Shown here one piece after another: positions 1 through 14,600 of a DNA stretch of 64,000 nucleotides. The stretch comes from Mytilus edulis (Eukaryota): the NCBI RefSeq assembly GCF_963676685.1, contig NC_092347.1, positions 5,518,001 to 5,582,000 of the forward strand, read 5' to 3'. The stretch's first letter is position 1. Each line of letters begins with the position of its first letter. The position numbers and the translations under genes are program-made. Below the pieces are notes generated by a model. The model was not told the DNA's origin. It did no database searches and saw nothing but the letters and a program-made list of their open reading frames with translations.

Positions 1-1052
1 GTTTATAGAATGTTTTTATACCCCCTCTATAAAGGAGGGAAGTTTATGTTTGACCTCTTTTTTTTTTTTTAAAGTTTTGTTTCATTTTTGGCTGGAACCA
101 CATTTGTTTTGTAATTTGTTATCAGTCTTCATGTGAATATTCTATACTGTGTGATGTGGTTTAAGATTCATCATCATCAACTTCTTGTTTATCAAATACT
201 TATTGGCCATTTGTAAATTTTTATCTAAGCAGCTGCAAATGAGAGTTTTCTGAAATTTCATTTAAGGCTTCATGCCAACATGCTTTACTGATCGAAACTT
301 TTTCAAATTCTTCGCTCTTTAACTTCCTGTTACAGTGACTTGACTGTTAGTGTTGCTCTCCACCACATTGCAACTCATTCAAAATTTTGACCAAATTGCA
401 ATTTGTTTTATTAAACCAAATTGTTCAGTCAAAATGTGAAATTGCAAGGTGATAAAATAAAATATACTTACAATCCTATAAGACTTTAACTCCACTTTAA
501 TGATGTTGTGACAAAATTAGTTTATCAGTTTGTATAGTTATATTATAGTCATTTCCATGCTGAAGAGGAACTGTTTATTTTGAATTGCTATAAAATTGTC
601 CAAACTAAGCTTTCATATAGTTTTTCTTTCTAAAAGTATTCTATATTTATAAGAATCAGATATCATTTTAAATAAAACATCATATATTCAGTAAAATATG
701 TGTGAAATAACAATATGCAATTGATAAGTTTTCAGGGGAGATAACCTAGAAAATTATTCTTTTGAATAAAGACTTTTTGAAAGAAAAGTTATTATCTCCC
801 CCATGGAAACTTCCTACAAACATATATTGCAATTTTACACATATTTTACTGAATATGAAATGTTTTAATTCACATAATGTCTAATTCTTATAAATATAGA
901 ATACTTTTACCGTAGAAAGAAAAACTATATGAAAGCTTAGTTTGGACAATTTAATAGCAATTCAAAATAAACAGTTCCCTTTCAGCATGGAAATGAATAT
1001 AATATAACTATACAAACTGATAAACTAATATTGTCACAACATCATTAAAGTA

Positions 1053-4000
1053 AAATCTGATATAGATACTAGCTATCGATCTGACCATTCTCCTGTTTCT
1101 CTCAGTTTAAAATTTTATAACCAAGAAAGGGGGAGGGGTACTTGGAAATTCAATAATAGCTTACTACATGATACTTATTATGTGGCTGAGATTAAAAAGT
1201 GTATATCAGACACTGTTAATCAATATAACCTATCAAATACAAATACTGGGGAAGAAACAGAATTATCTGTAAACCCCCATATATTTTGGGAGTTATTAAA
1301 ATGTACAATAAGAGGGAAAACTATCTCTTATACTTCATATCTAAAAAAAAAAGTCAAAGGGAAGAATCTGAACTTGAACAACAATTAAACATTTCACAAA
1401 ATAGATATGCCCTACACCCAGACCAGGAACTAAAAACTGAAATTCAAAACATAGAGGAGAGCCTAAAAACATTAAGAGAAAAAAAAATAAATGGAATAAT
1501 TGCAAGAGCAAAAGCAAAATGGGAAGCAGAAGGGGAAAAATGTACAAACTACTTTTGCAATTTAGAAAAAAGACATTATAATGAAAAAATTATTCCTAAA
1601 GTTATCAACGAAAATGGAGAGGAAATCTCTGATCAATTCAAAATATTGGAAGAACAGAGAAAATTTTATCAAAATTTATACTCATCTAAAAATGCATTTT
1701 GTAAAACGGAACATGAAAATATATTTTTCAATAAAAATAACTCTTTTCTCAATTGTTTATCGGAAGAACAAATGTTAGAAGCTGAGGGAAAATTATCAAC
1801 TCAAGAATGTCTGAATGCCTTAAAAAACATGAAAAACAATAAATCACCAGGGGTAGATGGGTATACAGCAGAGTTTTATAAATTTTTCTGGAATGACCTT
1901 AAGTTATATTTACTTAATTCCTTTAATTATAGCTTTGAAGAAGGCTCTTTATCAATTTCGCAAAGACAAGGCATTGTTACATGCATCCCAAAAGAAGGGA
2001 AATCTAAGTTTTATTTAAAAAACTGGCGACCTATCACCCTTTTAAATGTTGATATGAAAATATGTTCTGCATCCATCGCAAATAGAATTAAACCTTTGCT
2101 CAAACATATTATTAGTGAAACACAGTTAGGATTTATTAAAGGTAGATACATCGGGGAATGTACAAGACTTATTTTTGACTTAATAGAAAGAACTGAAGAA
2201 GAAAATATACCTGGACTTCTACTTCTTTTAGACTTTGAAAAAGCATTTGATACTCTTGAATGGTCATTCATAAATAAAGCACTTGAATTCTTAGGTTTTG
2301 GTCCTGATTTCTGTAATTGGGTAAAATCTTTATATTTTAATCTCAAGGTGGAATCATAAATAATGGTCATTGCTCTAGTTTCTTTAATATAGAAAGAGGG
2401 GTTCGTCAAGGGGATCCTTTATCCCCTTATCTTTTTATACTGGCTTTGGAACTTATGAGTGCAGCAATGAAAAATAACCCAGATATTAATGGTATTAAGA
2501 TAGATAACTCTGAATATTTGCTTAGTCAGTATGCAGATGACTCAACCTTAACTTTGGATGATGATGAAAAATCGTTAGAACAATCTCTATATATTTTAGA
2601 AAAATTCTCTGAGTGTTCTGGTTTACGAGCAAACTTAGAAAAAACTGAAGCCATTTGGATTGGGTCAAAAGCGCATTCAAAAGAAATATTTCACCAAGGA
2701 GAAAGATTAAACTGGAATCAGACAGGGAAATTTAAACTCTTAGTATAAACTATGATCTATTTGCTGTCGACAAGACTGCCTATAATTTCAAAGAGAAAAT
2801 TGAAAAGATAAACTCATTATTAAATACTTGGATTTACCAAGATCTTACATACCTAGGAAAAATAACAGTCATAAAGTCTTTAGCATTGCCAATTCTCATT
2901 CAGTCATTAACAATATTGCCAAATCCCTCTTTTGAAAATTTTAAGAAAATTGAAAATATTTTTTTTAAGTTTCTATGGAATGGCAAACCAGATAAAATCA
3001 AAAGAAATGTACTAATTGGATCATATGATACTGGAGGACTAAAGATGCCTCATATTGAATCCTTCTGTTATTCATTAAAAATGACATGGATCTATAAATT
3101 ATTAGACCCTTTCAATCTTTCTCCTTGGAAAATTCTTTTTAATGATAAGTATAGAAAATATGGGGCAGATAAAATATGGATGATGAATAAGGATAGTATT
3201 GAACAAATTTCAATATATTTTAATATATTTTGGAAGGACATCCTTCTAAATTGGGCTAAACTGAGGAATGCTTCCCATGACCATAATGATTTAATGGGCC
3301 AACCTATTTGGTTTAATAAACTTTTAAAAATTGATAATAAAACTATTTTTTATGAAAAATGGTGTGAGGCAGGAATATTTTTTGTCAATGATTTACTGAA
3401 TGAGAACAATGAATTTCTCTCTTTTAATCAATTTAAAGAAACATATGATATCGATACAAATTTTCTTCAATTCTATGGTATATATCATATGATCCCAAGT
3501 AGTTGGAAGGACCAGATCAAAAACTGTGAAAAGAAAATCAACATTACTTGCGATAATTTAGACTTTTTGAAAACAAATCAGAAATCATGCCCATATTTTT
3601 ATAAATTATTTTTGGCTACTTATCATAAAAACCCCACAAAATCACAAAATAAATGGAAAGAAATTTTGCATATGGAAATAGCTCACTGGGATCTTTTCTA
3701 TATGCATCCTTTCAAGTGTTCTTTGAGTAATAAAATGATAATTTTTCAATACAAAATTCTGCAAAGAACTTTAAGCACAAATAATCTGCTATATAAGTGT
3801 AAACTTAAAGAAACACAACTATGCAGTTTTTGCAATGAGACAAAAGAAACAATAGAACATATTTTTTGGGAATGTTACATTGTCAAAAACTTTTGGTTTC
3901 AACTAGTTGATACACTACATTCAAATTGCAATTATGAGCTTCTGATATCAAAACAAAACATTCTCTTGGGATCAGATATTATAGATATCTCAGGAAATTT

Positions 4001-4193
4001 TTTCACTGTTCTCATGAAGTACTATATTTATTCTTGTAGATTGAACTCACTGTTACCTTGTGGTAAGATTGCACTAAAGAAATTGAAAAATTATTACATT
4101 GTTGAAAAACTATCTTCCACTTTTCACAGTTCTCCTGCAATAGGTGAAAAAATAGAAAAAAAATGGGAACCATTTCAACAACTAATTTTATGA
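1053..4193 (+). pseudogene. Frameshifted LINE ORF2 (end of APE endonuclease, reverse transcriptase, C-terminal CCHC)
   Basis: Motifs SDHSPV, WKFNNSLL, KSPGVDG, NWRPITLLNVD, LDFEKAFD, GVRQGDPLSP, QYADD and CSFCNETKETIEHIFWEC. The frame is broken near ~1350, ~2340 and ~2745. Confidence 0.92.
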
Positions 4194-4799
4194 TACAAGA
4201 AAGATAACTCATACTTAACTGAAAATAAATGTGTAACACAACTTGATGCACATCACAATTGGACAGTGGTTAGTGTGCATCAAATAGATATTATATATAT
4301 GTATGTATGGAAGAATTAAATATGTGTTACTATGTTATGATAATATGAGTTGAAATACTGGTTGGTTTTTGTTTTTTGTTATATTGTTAGAGTATGCCAC
4401 TATATATATTATGATATGAGTACATGTATGAATAGAATGATTAGATTGCATAAATAATAATTATAATCGTTTAATACCAATTTAATCATTTATGAATATA
4501 AGTCAATGATTTTTGATATTTATTTTATTTTATTTATTTTTTGTTTGTTTGTTTTTTGTACTTTTTGTTTTTGTATTGTTCTTTTTTTTGTTTGTTTTTA
4601 GTTTAGTTTTTTGTATTTTTGTATTTTTTTTTTTTGGGGGGGGGGGGGGTTTATTTGGTATAGGGAGGGGGATGTTTATAAGCACTGACACTGACAGGTC
4701 AAAATGAATAAACTTGTATTGTATTCCTCTTTATAAAAAAAAAATGCATATAGATATTGTATGAGATGAAGAAATACCAAATAAAGAATTATAAAAAAA
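1053..4799 (+). mobile_element. 5'-truncated non-LTR retrotransposon (Tx1/L1 clade) with 15-bp TSD
   Basis: TSD AACATCATTAAAGTA at 1038-1052 and 4800-4814. AATAAA (4780-4785) is followed by an A tail. The 3' UTR has T-rich and G-rich tracts. Confidence 0.93.
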
Positions 4800-5344
4800 A
4801 ACATCATTAAAGTAGAGTTAAAGTCTTATAGGATTGTAAGTATGTTTTATTTTATCACCTTGCACTTTCATGACTTGGCTGTGGTTTTCTACAGCAGTTG
4901 GTTCAAATTTCTGACCAGTTGAACAATTTGATTTTATAAAACAAATTGCAATTTGGTCAAAATTTTGAATGAGTTGCAATTGGTGGATAGCAACACTAAC
5001 AGTCAAGTCACTGTAACGGATTACTTATATTCTATGGAACTATAAATAAGAGCTTCCTGAAATTTGTTATTAGACTTTGATCAATGTGTTTTCAGATTCA
5101 TTGTTTAACAACAAGACCAACATCCCAAATCTCCTTTCAGATCTAACACTAATCTGCATCTTACTCAAGCAAATTTTCAAATAACATATTGCATCTTTGT
5201 CATATAAATATTTAAACTCTGTGCACAGGTTTTGTAAAACTCTATCAAACCTCTTTTTGAGATATTCTGCTCTAACAAGGGTTGAGATTAAAATTTAAGC
5301 ACCTGAATTTCATAACAAAACAATATGCTTTAGGAATGTAATAG

Positions 5345-5350
5345 TTTATT
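5345..5350 (-). promoter_or_regulatory. Candidate polyadenylation signal (AATAAA) of CFAP43
   Basis: TTTATT on the plus strand about 350 nt downstream of the CFAP43 stop codon; not verified. Confidence 0.4.
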
Positions 5351-5698
5351 ACTTTTCAATAAATACATAGTATGTAAGTAAAATAAGGACGGCATGTAAA
5401 TATTAAATCAATTAAATCACAAATATCACAGAAAAATGTATACATGTCCAACTGCTTTTTCATAAACTTAATTGGTTAACACTGTTGACAAAGATAACCT
5501 CCAATTCTCTTAAGATATACTGAGATGTTTCTGAATCTTGCTTGTTAAGTTTGATAAACTGCATAATAAAGTTCTTTTCCAATGAAGATAAACCTCTAGT
5601 TTGTTTTGTAAATATTATAATGATTTCCAAAAAGCAGTCATAACAAAGTGATCAAATTCAAATTGTGTTTTCTCTCCCTATTCCATATAATGTCACTG

Positions 5699-8600
5699 CT
5701 AGTGTTCCACTTGAACTAATGCTGGGAATGTCCTCATTCTTAACCTCTCCACTTCAGCACGTAGAACAGCTACTTCCTGTGCCTGAGCTTTGGCTAAGTC
5801 CACTAGTTTCCTTCTTTGTACTATCTCCATGTATCTCTTGTCTTTTCCTGCATCAGATCGTCTGTCAGCTACAAACATAGAAATACAACTAAGGAAAAAT
5901 TCAAATAATCTTATTTTGTAAATATAATATTTCATTAACCAACTTAAAGTCATATGAAACTTCAAGTTAAGACAAGAGTGCACACACTATAATGTCTCGC
6001 CTTCTTTACTAATCATTGATATTATGTTGATAGTCCTAAATATAAAGCTTTATTACAACTGTCACATAAACTTAACATTCCTTAACCAAGAAAACTAAAC
6101 ATTGACCAATGAACCATGAAAATGAGATCAAGGTCAGATGAACCATGCCAGCTAGACATTTACACCTTACAATCATTCCATACACCAAATATAGTAGACC
6201 TATTTCATACAGTATAAGAAAAACAGACCAAACCACAAATACCTTAACACTGAGCAATGAACTGTAAAAATGAGGTCAAAGTCGAATTAAACCTGTGCGA
6301 CTGACATATAGATCATAAAATATTTCCATACACCAAATATAGTAGACCTTTTGCATATAGTATAAGAAAAAAAGACAACAACTCAAAAACTTAACTATAA
6401 CCACTGAACCATGAAAATGAGGTCAAGGTCAGATGACACCTGCCAGTTGGACATGTACACCTTCCAGTCCTTCCATACACCGAATATACTAGACCTATTG
6501 CTTATAGTATCCGAGATATGGACTTGACCACCAAAACTTAACCTTGTTCATTGATCCATGAAATGAGGTCAAGGTCAAGTGAAAACTGTCTGACAGACAT
6601 GAGGACCTTTCAAGGTACGCACATATCAAATATAGTTATCCTATTACTTATAATAAGAGAGAATTCAACATTACAAAAAATCTGAACTTTTTTTTCAAGT
6701 GGTCACTGAACCCTGAAAATGAGGTCAAGGACATTGGACATGTGATTGATGAAAACTTTGTAACTTGAGGCATCTATATTCAATGTATGAAGCATCGTAG
6801 TCTTCCACCTTCTAAAATATAAAGCTTTTAAGAAGTTAGCAAACAGCACCGTAGCCGGATCACTATCCCTATGTTAAGCTTCTGCGACAAAAGTCGCAGG
6901 CTCGACAAAAAAAAGATGCATATGTTTTTTATAACTAACTGGATAATTTTCATTATAAAACTTATGTTCATTTACTTTTTTTTGAAGAAAATTCTTTAAT
7001 TTGTCCACATTTAGAAGAAGTTTCCTTTTTTCAATTGCTTGCCTCCAGGAAGCAATTTTGCCGAAATATTTTCCGTATGCAAGGAACCTTAGCGTAATCC
7101 TTCTTGAAAAATCTGGTTATCGCAGTACACATGGATTTGTCTTTGAAATTAATTATTATCTGATTGTACATATTATACAAGTGCTCAATATCCATGCTTC
7201 TTTGTTGATTGTTTACTATAAGGTAACAATCAGTAAACTACAGCTTCAAAGCAGGGCAATTAATAAGCTGCCATATTTGTTAAATCATAACAGACAGAGA
7301 CCCAAGAAAAATGTAGATTATACGATATTTCTGCGTAAGAAATGATAAAATCGTGCACAGAAGACTAAGTTTATGATATATACAGGAGACAGAAACTTGA
7401 TTTATTACATAAATATTTATGCTTAATTCTCACCATTAACTTCATCAATAAGCTTTCTCTCATTCACTGTGACATTGCGTTCCATCAAATCAGAATCAAT
7501 GTTGGTATTATCAGTATCCTTTGCTTTGATTGTCCTGTTATGTTCTCGCAATATTTTCTTTTGATGTGCCAACTTTTTCTCATGATGCTGAAATCAGATA
7601 AAATGTTTGTACCACACATAGCATAAATACAAGGAAATTCATAAGAATTTGATATGTCCATAATTTAAAAGAAATATAATAACTTAAATTTGAATATTTG
7701 TTCAATCAAATACTACAAATGGTATTCAAATAGTATACACTCGTAGCAAAAAACACTTAATGATTGTTAAGGGGGCTCGCGGGTCTAAATCAAATTTTTT
7801 ATTTAATATAGGATTTCTCTATATTTTTCTATAAATGAACTTTATCTTATACTAAATAGAAAACTGAAATAAAAAAATGGGGTCACTGTTCATTTACGCT
7901 CACAATCTTCCTTCGAAAGAAGCAAACATTTTTGTTAATGTCCTTTTTTTCTGTTGAACTAATAGGAGAAATAGGCATAATATTGAAATAAAAAAAGAAC
8001 TAAATTACAGAAATCGCTTAAATTTTACAATTATTTAGTTTATGTACAGCTTATTCGATAACACAACAATAAAAAATATAGGTCACCGATGAGTTAAAAA
8101 AGATATTTCAATTCTAATGCCAAAGCTTTTTCAATGATATCTACATTTTAAAAGTCACCTGGGGCCAACACGAACTGTTTTTTTGTTGCTGTCTGGTATT
8201 AACTTACAACACATATCATCCTATACATGTATTGCTAATTACATTAAATCAAAACTACCTTGAGCTGTGTCATAATTGTTTGTTCAAGTTTGTTGATTTC
8301 ATCAGCCTTCTTTGCCTCATACTCCGCAACATTGTTTAAGAACTGCAAAACATATTTTCATATTTTAATACATATTTCCTTAGAAATTCATTAAATAATT
8401 AAACTTTGTAATAAAAAACAAAAAGCAAGATGTATTTTTTCTTGTCAGTTCTTTCAAACACTGCTTCTGCAGATTAACTGTTAACTTTGTGGATTGTTTA
8501 GTCTCCCTAATGAATCCTATAGCTAAGGAAATCAAACTATTTATTTGTCAAACTATGCCAATTAATTAAATAGATAATATCAGGAATATTTCTATTTTAT

Positions 8601-11600
8601 TATTTTTTTTCATGCCATTGAAAATTTGAAATGATATCAGCATATCACGAAAAACTTACAGTAAATCTGTGACAACACACCAGATTTTATTTCAAGGAAT
8701 TTGGTTTTTCACATTAATTTTGTTATGATTCCTGGATGGAATGAAAATCTAATTATTCTTAAATTTCATGAAAAAATATTCATTCTGACATGACATACAA
8801 GGACTATTTACTTTTTAAGCTACTGAATTTTTGGATTTATTTTTAAGAAATAGTTGATGCAAGCTATACTTTATTGTAGTTTTAACATGGGTAGGCATTA
8901 TATTATCATTTTTGCCCGAGCGATAGTGAATATTTTTTTGCAAACAAATTTTATTGGATTTAGAGCATGGGTTTATTCACAAAGCGAAAGAAGCAAGTCA
9001 TATTAGAATAAAGATTACACAACTATTCATGGTTGATAACATATATCACAGGAACCAATCTAAAACATCCAAATTATTTAATTTACCAGTTGAATTTCTC
9101 TGGTAACTTTCATGAACTGAATATCTTTCATCTTGTTCTGGAAGTCTTCCATTTCCATAAGCATCTTCTTGTGCTCCCTGTCAATTAAAAGACACAAACT
9201 ATTTAATCAGGCAACAAATATCACATTTTTGCAATTTTAATGACAGAATAAAATGATCAGGTAACTGTTATTGTGGATATTGTCCTTACATAGCGTCATT
9301 TACTGTACAATTTCTGTATGTTACACTAGACCAGTCTCAAGAGGATCTATTATAGTTTGAAATGAATGATCCTGTATTAACCTTTTAATTTTTGAAATGA
9401 AAAATAACTTATTACCATTCAAGTTGTATAATTCCTTTTCTAAAGTCTTTACTTTCAACCATACTAGAAATTTTATCTTCTCCAAGTTTCTACAATTTAA
9501 GAGATACAATGTTATTTATTTTATACAATTTAAGACATAAAAAAATGTTATATCTTTATTTTAAGACAACAACAATGTTATTTCTTAAATACATTTTAAG
9601 ACAATAACAATGTTATTTCTTTAACAGAATTTAAGACAATAACAATGTTATTTTTTTAATACATTTTAAGACATTTACATTATTATTTCTTTAACACAAT
9701 TTAAGACAATTACAATGTTATATTTTTAATACATTTTAAGACATTTACATTATTATTTCTTTAACACAATTTAAGACAATAACAATGTTATTTTTTTAAT
9801 ACATTTTAACCCTTTCGCCGACGAGTCCCGGTTTACCGGGATTCACGCTTCAGACAGCTGACGATGAGTCCCGTTTTACCGGGATCGGAATACCTCTTTT
9901 ATGTTTCCCGCTCAAACAGTGCAAACGTCGGTTATCTTTCTTTGATGGATAACCCGGATGAAAGTGTAAACATGCCGGTTCCGTTTGTTGAAAACCGTGT
10001 CAAAATCAGAGAAAATTTACGGAATTTACGAGAATTTGAAATGAGGGAACATTTTTTTTGAAAGAATATGGAAGAATTGAAGCCAAACTAGTTTACTTTT
10101 TTGACATAAAATGTCGTTTTATGTACAAAACAGTTGGAATGGACATCGATCAGTGTGAGGAATTTGTACAGCCTCATAAAACTTTTCAAAATTTTGCCGT
10201 TTTGGGTTAAAAAATTACGATTTGGGGTGAAAGAGTCGAATTTTGAGAATTTCACCTTGATAATGACGAAAATTTGAAAATTTTGATATTTTATGAAGAA
10301 AAAATTGTCAAAACATGAACAAAACTGTGAACATGGTCTTAGTGAATAAAATAAATACACAAATAACTATAAACAAGTTTTTATTGACATTTATTATGAA
10401 TATTTCCAACTTGAGTAATAGTAGCCAGGGACGCCATCGTCTCAGAGTAGCTTCTGTCTGGGCAGCAATCGGTGAAAGGGTTAAGACATTTACATTATCA
10501 TTTCTTTAACACAATTTAAGACAATAACAATGTTATTTTTTTAATACATTTTAAGACATTTACATTATTATTTCTTTAACACAATTTAAGACAATTACAA
10601 TGTTATTGATATTATAAGTCAGCTGCAATATCAGGTGAAAATTATATAGAACTACTACTTTAATTAATAGTTTGATTTTTCAGTGAAAGCTAAATGCTTT
10701 TTTTCACAAATATTTATAGAATAACTAATGGAAATAAAATTGAGAAAGGAAATGGTGAATATGTCAAAGCGACAACCACCCGACCATAGAGCAAACAACA
10801 GCCGAAGGCAACCAATGGGTCTTCAATGTAGCGAGAATTCCCGCACCCGTAGGTGTCCTTCAGCTGGCCCCTAAAATATGCATAATAGTACAGTGATAAT
10901 GGACGTCATACTAAACTCCGAATTATACACAAGAAACTAAAATTTAAAATAATTCAAATAAAGAAAACTTTCAAGTGACCGAAACAACATCATTTCACTA
11001 ATGTGCGTCCATGGCCTTTGAATTTTTAGTGTAGTTGGATTGCTGTCTTTATGACTCAAACTTGTTAATTTGAATGTCTATTTGCTTTAAATGAATCAAT
11101 GGATTGCATAAGATGAATAATTAATTCCTACCTTGATATTTGTATTAAGTTCTTCAACAACACTACGATGAATTAAAGCACTATTTTTGTAATCTGCTAT
11201 AAAGGTGCTCGTATCTGTTTCAACTTGACCTTGTTTCAATAACAGCTGAACTTCTAAATTCAAGTTAACTCTTGCTTCATCATTCTTTAATCTGGAAAAG
11301 TCAATTGAAAGTTTTAATATTAAACTAGATGAGTCTAATCAAATAAATAAGTCTTTCCACACTACAAACATATGGAATTTAAATTAGAAATATCATTAGT
11401 CAGTCACAAAACCTTTATTTTATTCATCTTGAATATTATAAAATATCACTATTGGTTTTTTTTTAATCAAGGACTATAACCAAGCATAAAAAAAGCCAAA
11501 TAAACAAATCTATCTGTATTGCACATCAACCATTTAGTGTAAAAATGTTTTATTTATTACCCATAGATCTTTAAAAATCATAATTTTCTAACACAGCATG

Positions 11601-14600
11601 ACTCATATGACATTAATCATAATTTCATAAATAACATATGTGGTTCATAATACTTTTATTTAAATGTCAATCTTAAATGTGCTTGATTTACAAAATTAGT
11701 AAAAAAAAGTTATTTTCAACAAATTTCCATATTCTTAAATTGCAAAAGCAAATATCTTTACTAATTTATAAACTTTTACGGTTTCTGTAATGTCAGTACT
11801 GTTTTATTAGAAAATGGTGTGAATCGTATTCCAGAATAAACACATACTTAGATATTTTCATCTGTAGATCTTCAATCTCATTCTTCAGAATTTCATCTTC
11901 ATCTTGTCGTTTTCTGTAAAATGCTTCCATTTCTGCAAATACTAACGCTTTTTGTTTTATCTGAAAAATATGATAACAGATTTACTAAAAGTAATATTCT
12001 CATTTTCTACTTACAAGTCTCCAAACTAACATTGACAAAAGAATTTGCTTTCTTTTGCCACTTACAACTGTTTCTAATTGTAACTTGTGGGATGTTGGTA
12101 TAACAGCACAACATAAGAAAAACTGTGAGAAAGGGGAAGGACAGAAAAAACTTGTTTTGGAAGACATAATAGAAGATTATGAATATGACAGATAGATAGA
12201 TGCCAAAGGCTCCAAAAAAACTTTTAATTGTTTAAACAGTCAGCAATTAACAAAAACATTTTAGGAATATCATATAACTTACAAGGAACTCATTTTCTAT
12301 TTTGATCCTTCTAAACTTGCAAAGTCTTTCCCAAACAGACAGTTCAACCCCTTCAGGATTATTGACATCTCTGTCCAGATCATTGATGGCAGTCTCTACG
12401 TTATTTTTGGCTTGAGCATGTTGTCTGGCAGTGGATGGACGGTCAGCAAATGGATTGGGTAAACCATGATCCCCTGTGGAAGGTGCTGCAGGAGTATCAA
12501 ATCCTTTCAGACGTGGTATCCTGTACACAAAAAATATTATAAAAACTAGTACATTCTGGAGTTTATTAGTTTTAAATATATCTTTATTCTAATATATTTA
12601 GCTTTTTTTTTTATCCTATATTGTTTATAATGAAATGTTTTATTTGGTTTATTGGCTGCATGTATCAACAAATATACATTGACAGAATAAAATGAAACAC
12701 TTAAAAAATTTGTTAAGTCTTCATCAATCTTGCCGTTTTTATAATGGGTTATATATGCAAGATAAGCACAATTATTGTACCTATGTGACAAAAAGTATTT
12801 GTCGAAAGTTTTACCTAAACAACCAGTTCATATTTCCTCTGTTAGTAGATGAAAACAAGTGAAACTGTGAGCTACTGCTCACTGATTATACCCCCGCCGC
12901 AAGTGGATAATTTTAATAGTGTAAAAATGTATGCAAGTTTTCATTAAACAGGAAGTTGTTGAGTGATGAATCTGAAAACGCATCACTCGATATAGCTGAC
13001 TTGTATAAATCCTGAAACCAAATTTCAGAAATCCTTGTATTGTAATTCCTGAGAAAAATGTGACGAAAAATATTCAATGGACGGACAGACTGATGGACTG
13101 ATGGACCGGAGGACGGACTGAAAGACAGACAGAGGTAAACAGTATACCCCCCTTTTTTGAAAGCAGGGGTATAACATACATCCTAGAAATTATTCATCGT
13201 TTAAAACTTACTTAGGTCTACGTCTGAAAAGTCTGTACAGCTGATCTTGTTGTAGAGCTGTTACATCATTAAAACTTACTTAGGTCTATGCCTGAAAAGT
13301 CTGTACAACTGATCTTGTTGTAGAGCTGTTACATCATTAAAACTTACTAAGGTCTACGTCTGAAAAGTCTGTACAGCTGATCTTGTTGTAGAGCTGTTAC
13401 ATTAATAAAACTTACTTAGGTCTACATCTGAAAAGTCTGTACAGATGATCTTGTTGTAGACCTGTTACATCATTAAAACTTACTTAGGTCTACGTCTGAA
13501 AAGTCTGTACAGCTGATCTTGTTGTAGAGCTGTTACATCATTAAAACTTACTTAGGTCTACGTCTGAAAAGTCTGTACAGCTGATCTTGTTGTAGAGCTG
13601 TTACATCATTAAAACTTACTTAGGTCTACGTCTGAAAAGTCTGTACAACTGATCTTTTTGTAGAGCTGTTACATTAATAAAACTTACTTAGGTCTACGCC
13701 TGAAAAGTCTGTACAACTGATCTTGTTGTAGAGCTGTTACATCATTAAACTCTCGTTTAAAGGTTTTATCCATCGCTTTGTCTTCATATTGCAGATTCTC
13801 ATAGTCATTTTTGTAGGCATCTAAATGTTTCTTTGATTCAATCATTGCTGCTGCTGTCAGTGCCTGAAAATAATAATAACTGACATCTAAACGTCTGAAA
13901 AATCTGTTTGCAAAACAAAAATTTGGACTAAATGTTGGGAAACAATTTTTAAAATTTCACCAGATCGTAAAAAATGAAGAAAACTTCATCTCTGAACAAA
14001 GAAATTGTTTGTAAATAGTTTCAATGAAGTTTCAATCAATAACAAATCAAGATTGATGACACATTTCATATATAAATTTTACCTTCAAAGATTTCTTGTG
14101 TTCAACCAATCTGTTGAGTTCTTGCTCCTGAGTTTCTAACTCCTCTTCCACCAATAATGAGGCTCTCAGTCGCAGAATCTTCAATTCCTCCTACAACAAG
14201 ATTTTGAGAATAAGTTTATGACATGATTTTTGCTAAACATTTTTTTTCTTTACATTCCAAACGAAAGATGGAACCTTTACTGAATCATGTTTTAATTTCA
14301 TTTGCATTGGTTAACAACTTAGGTCTTAAAATATTTTTTTTTTTCAAAACTTCCAATTAAAATTCATTTGAACAAAACATATTTCAATGCATAATATTTA
14401 TACTTAAAAGCATTGAAAACTTTAGAATATAGAAAATCTGTATAATTTCTTTATATATTGACATGTTAGTAACAATTTATAGTACAGCATAGATGCCAAC
14501 CCCTTTTGAGACAATCAGTAACAAACTATCAAATTTTCCGTATTTTTGAAAAGTTTTCAGTAATCATTCAAAAACTTGCATTTACCAATAAAAATTACTG

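Larger units (their letters stand above)
333..5013. mobile_element. Fold-back MITE (Tc1/mariner-like, TA-CAGTG...CACTG-TA), right arm interrupted by a LINE
   Basis: 333-~710 is the imperfect reverse complement of ~830-1052 joined to 4815-5013. Termini are CAGTGACTTGACTGTTAGTGTTGCT and AGCAACACTAACAGTCAAGTCACTG, flanked by TA. Confidence 0.8.
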
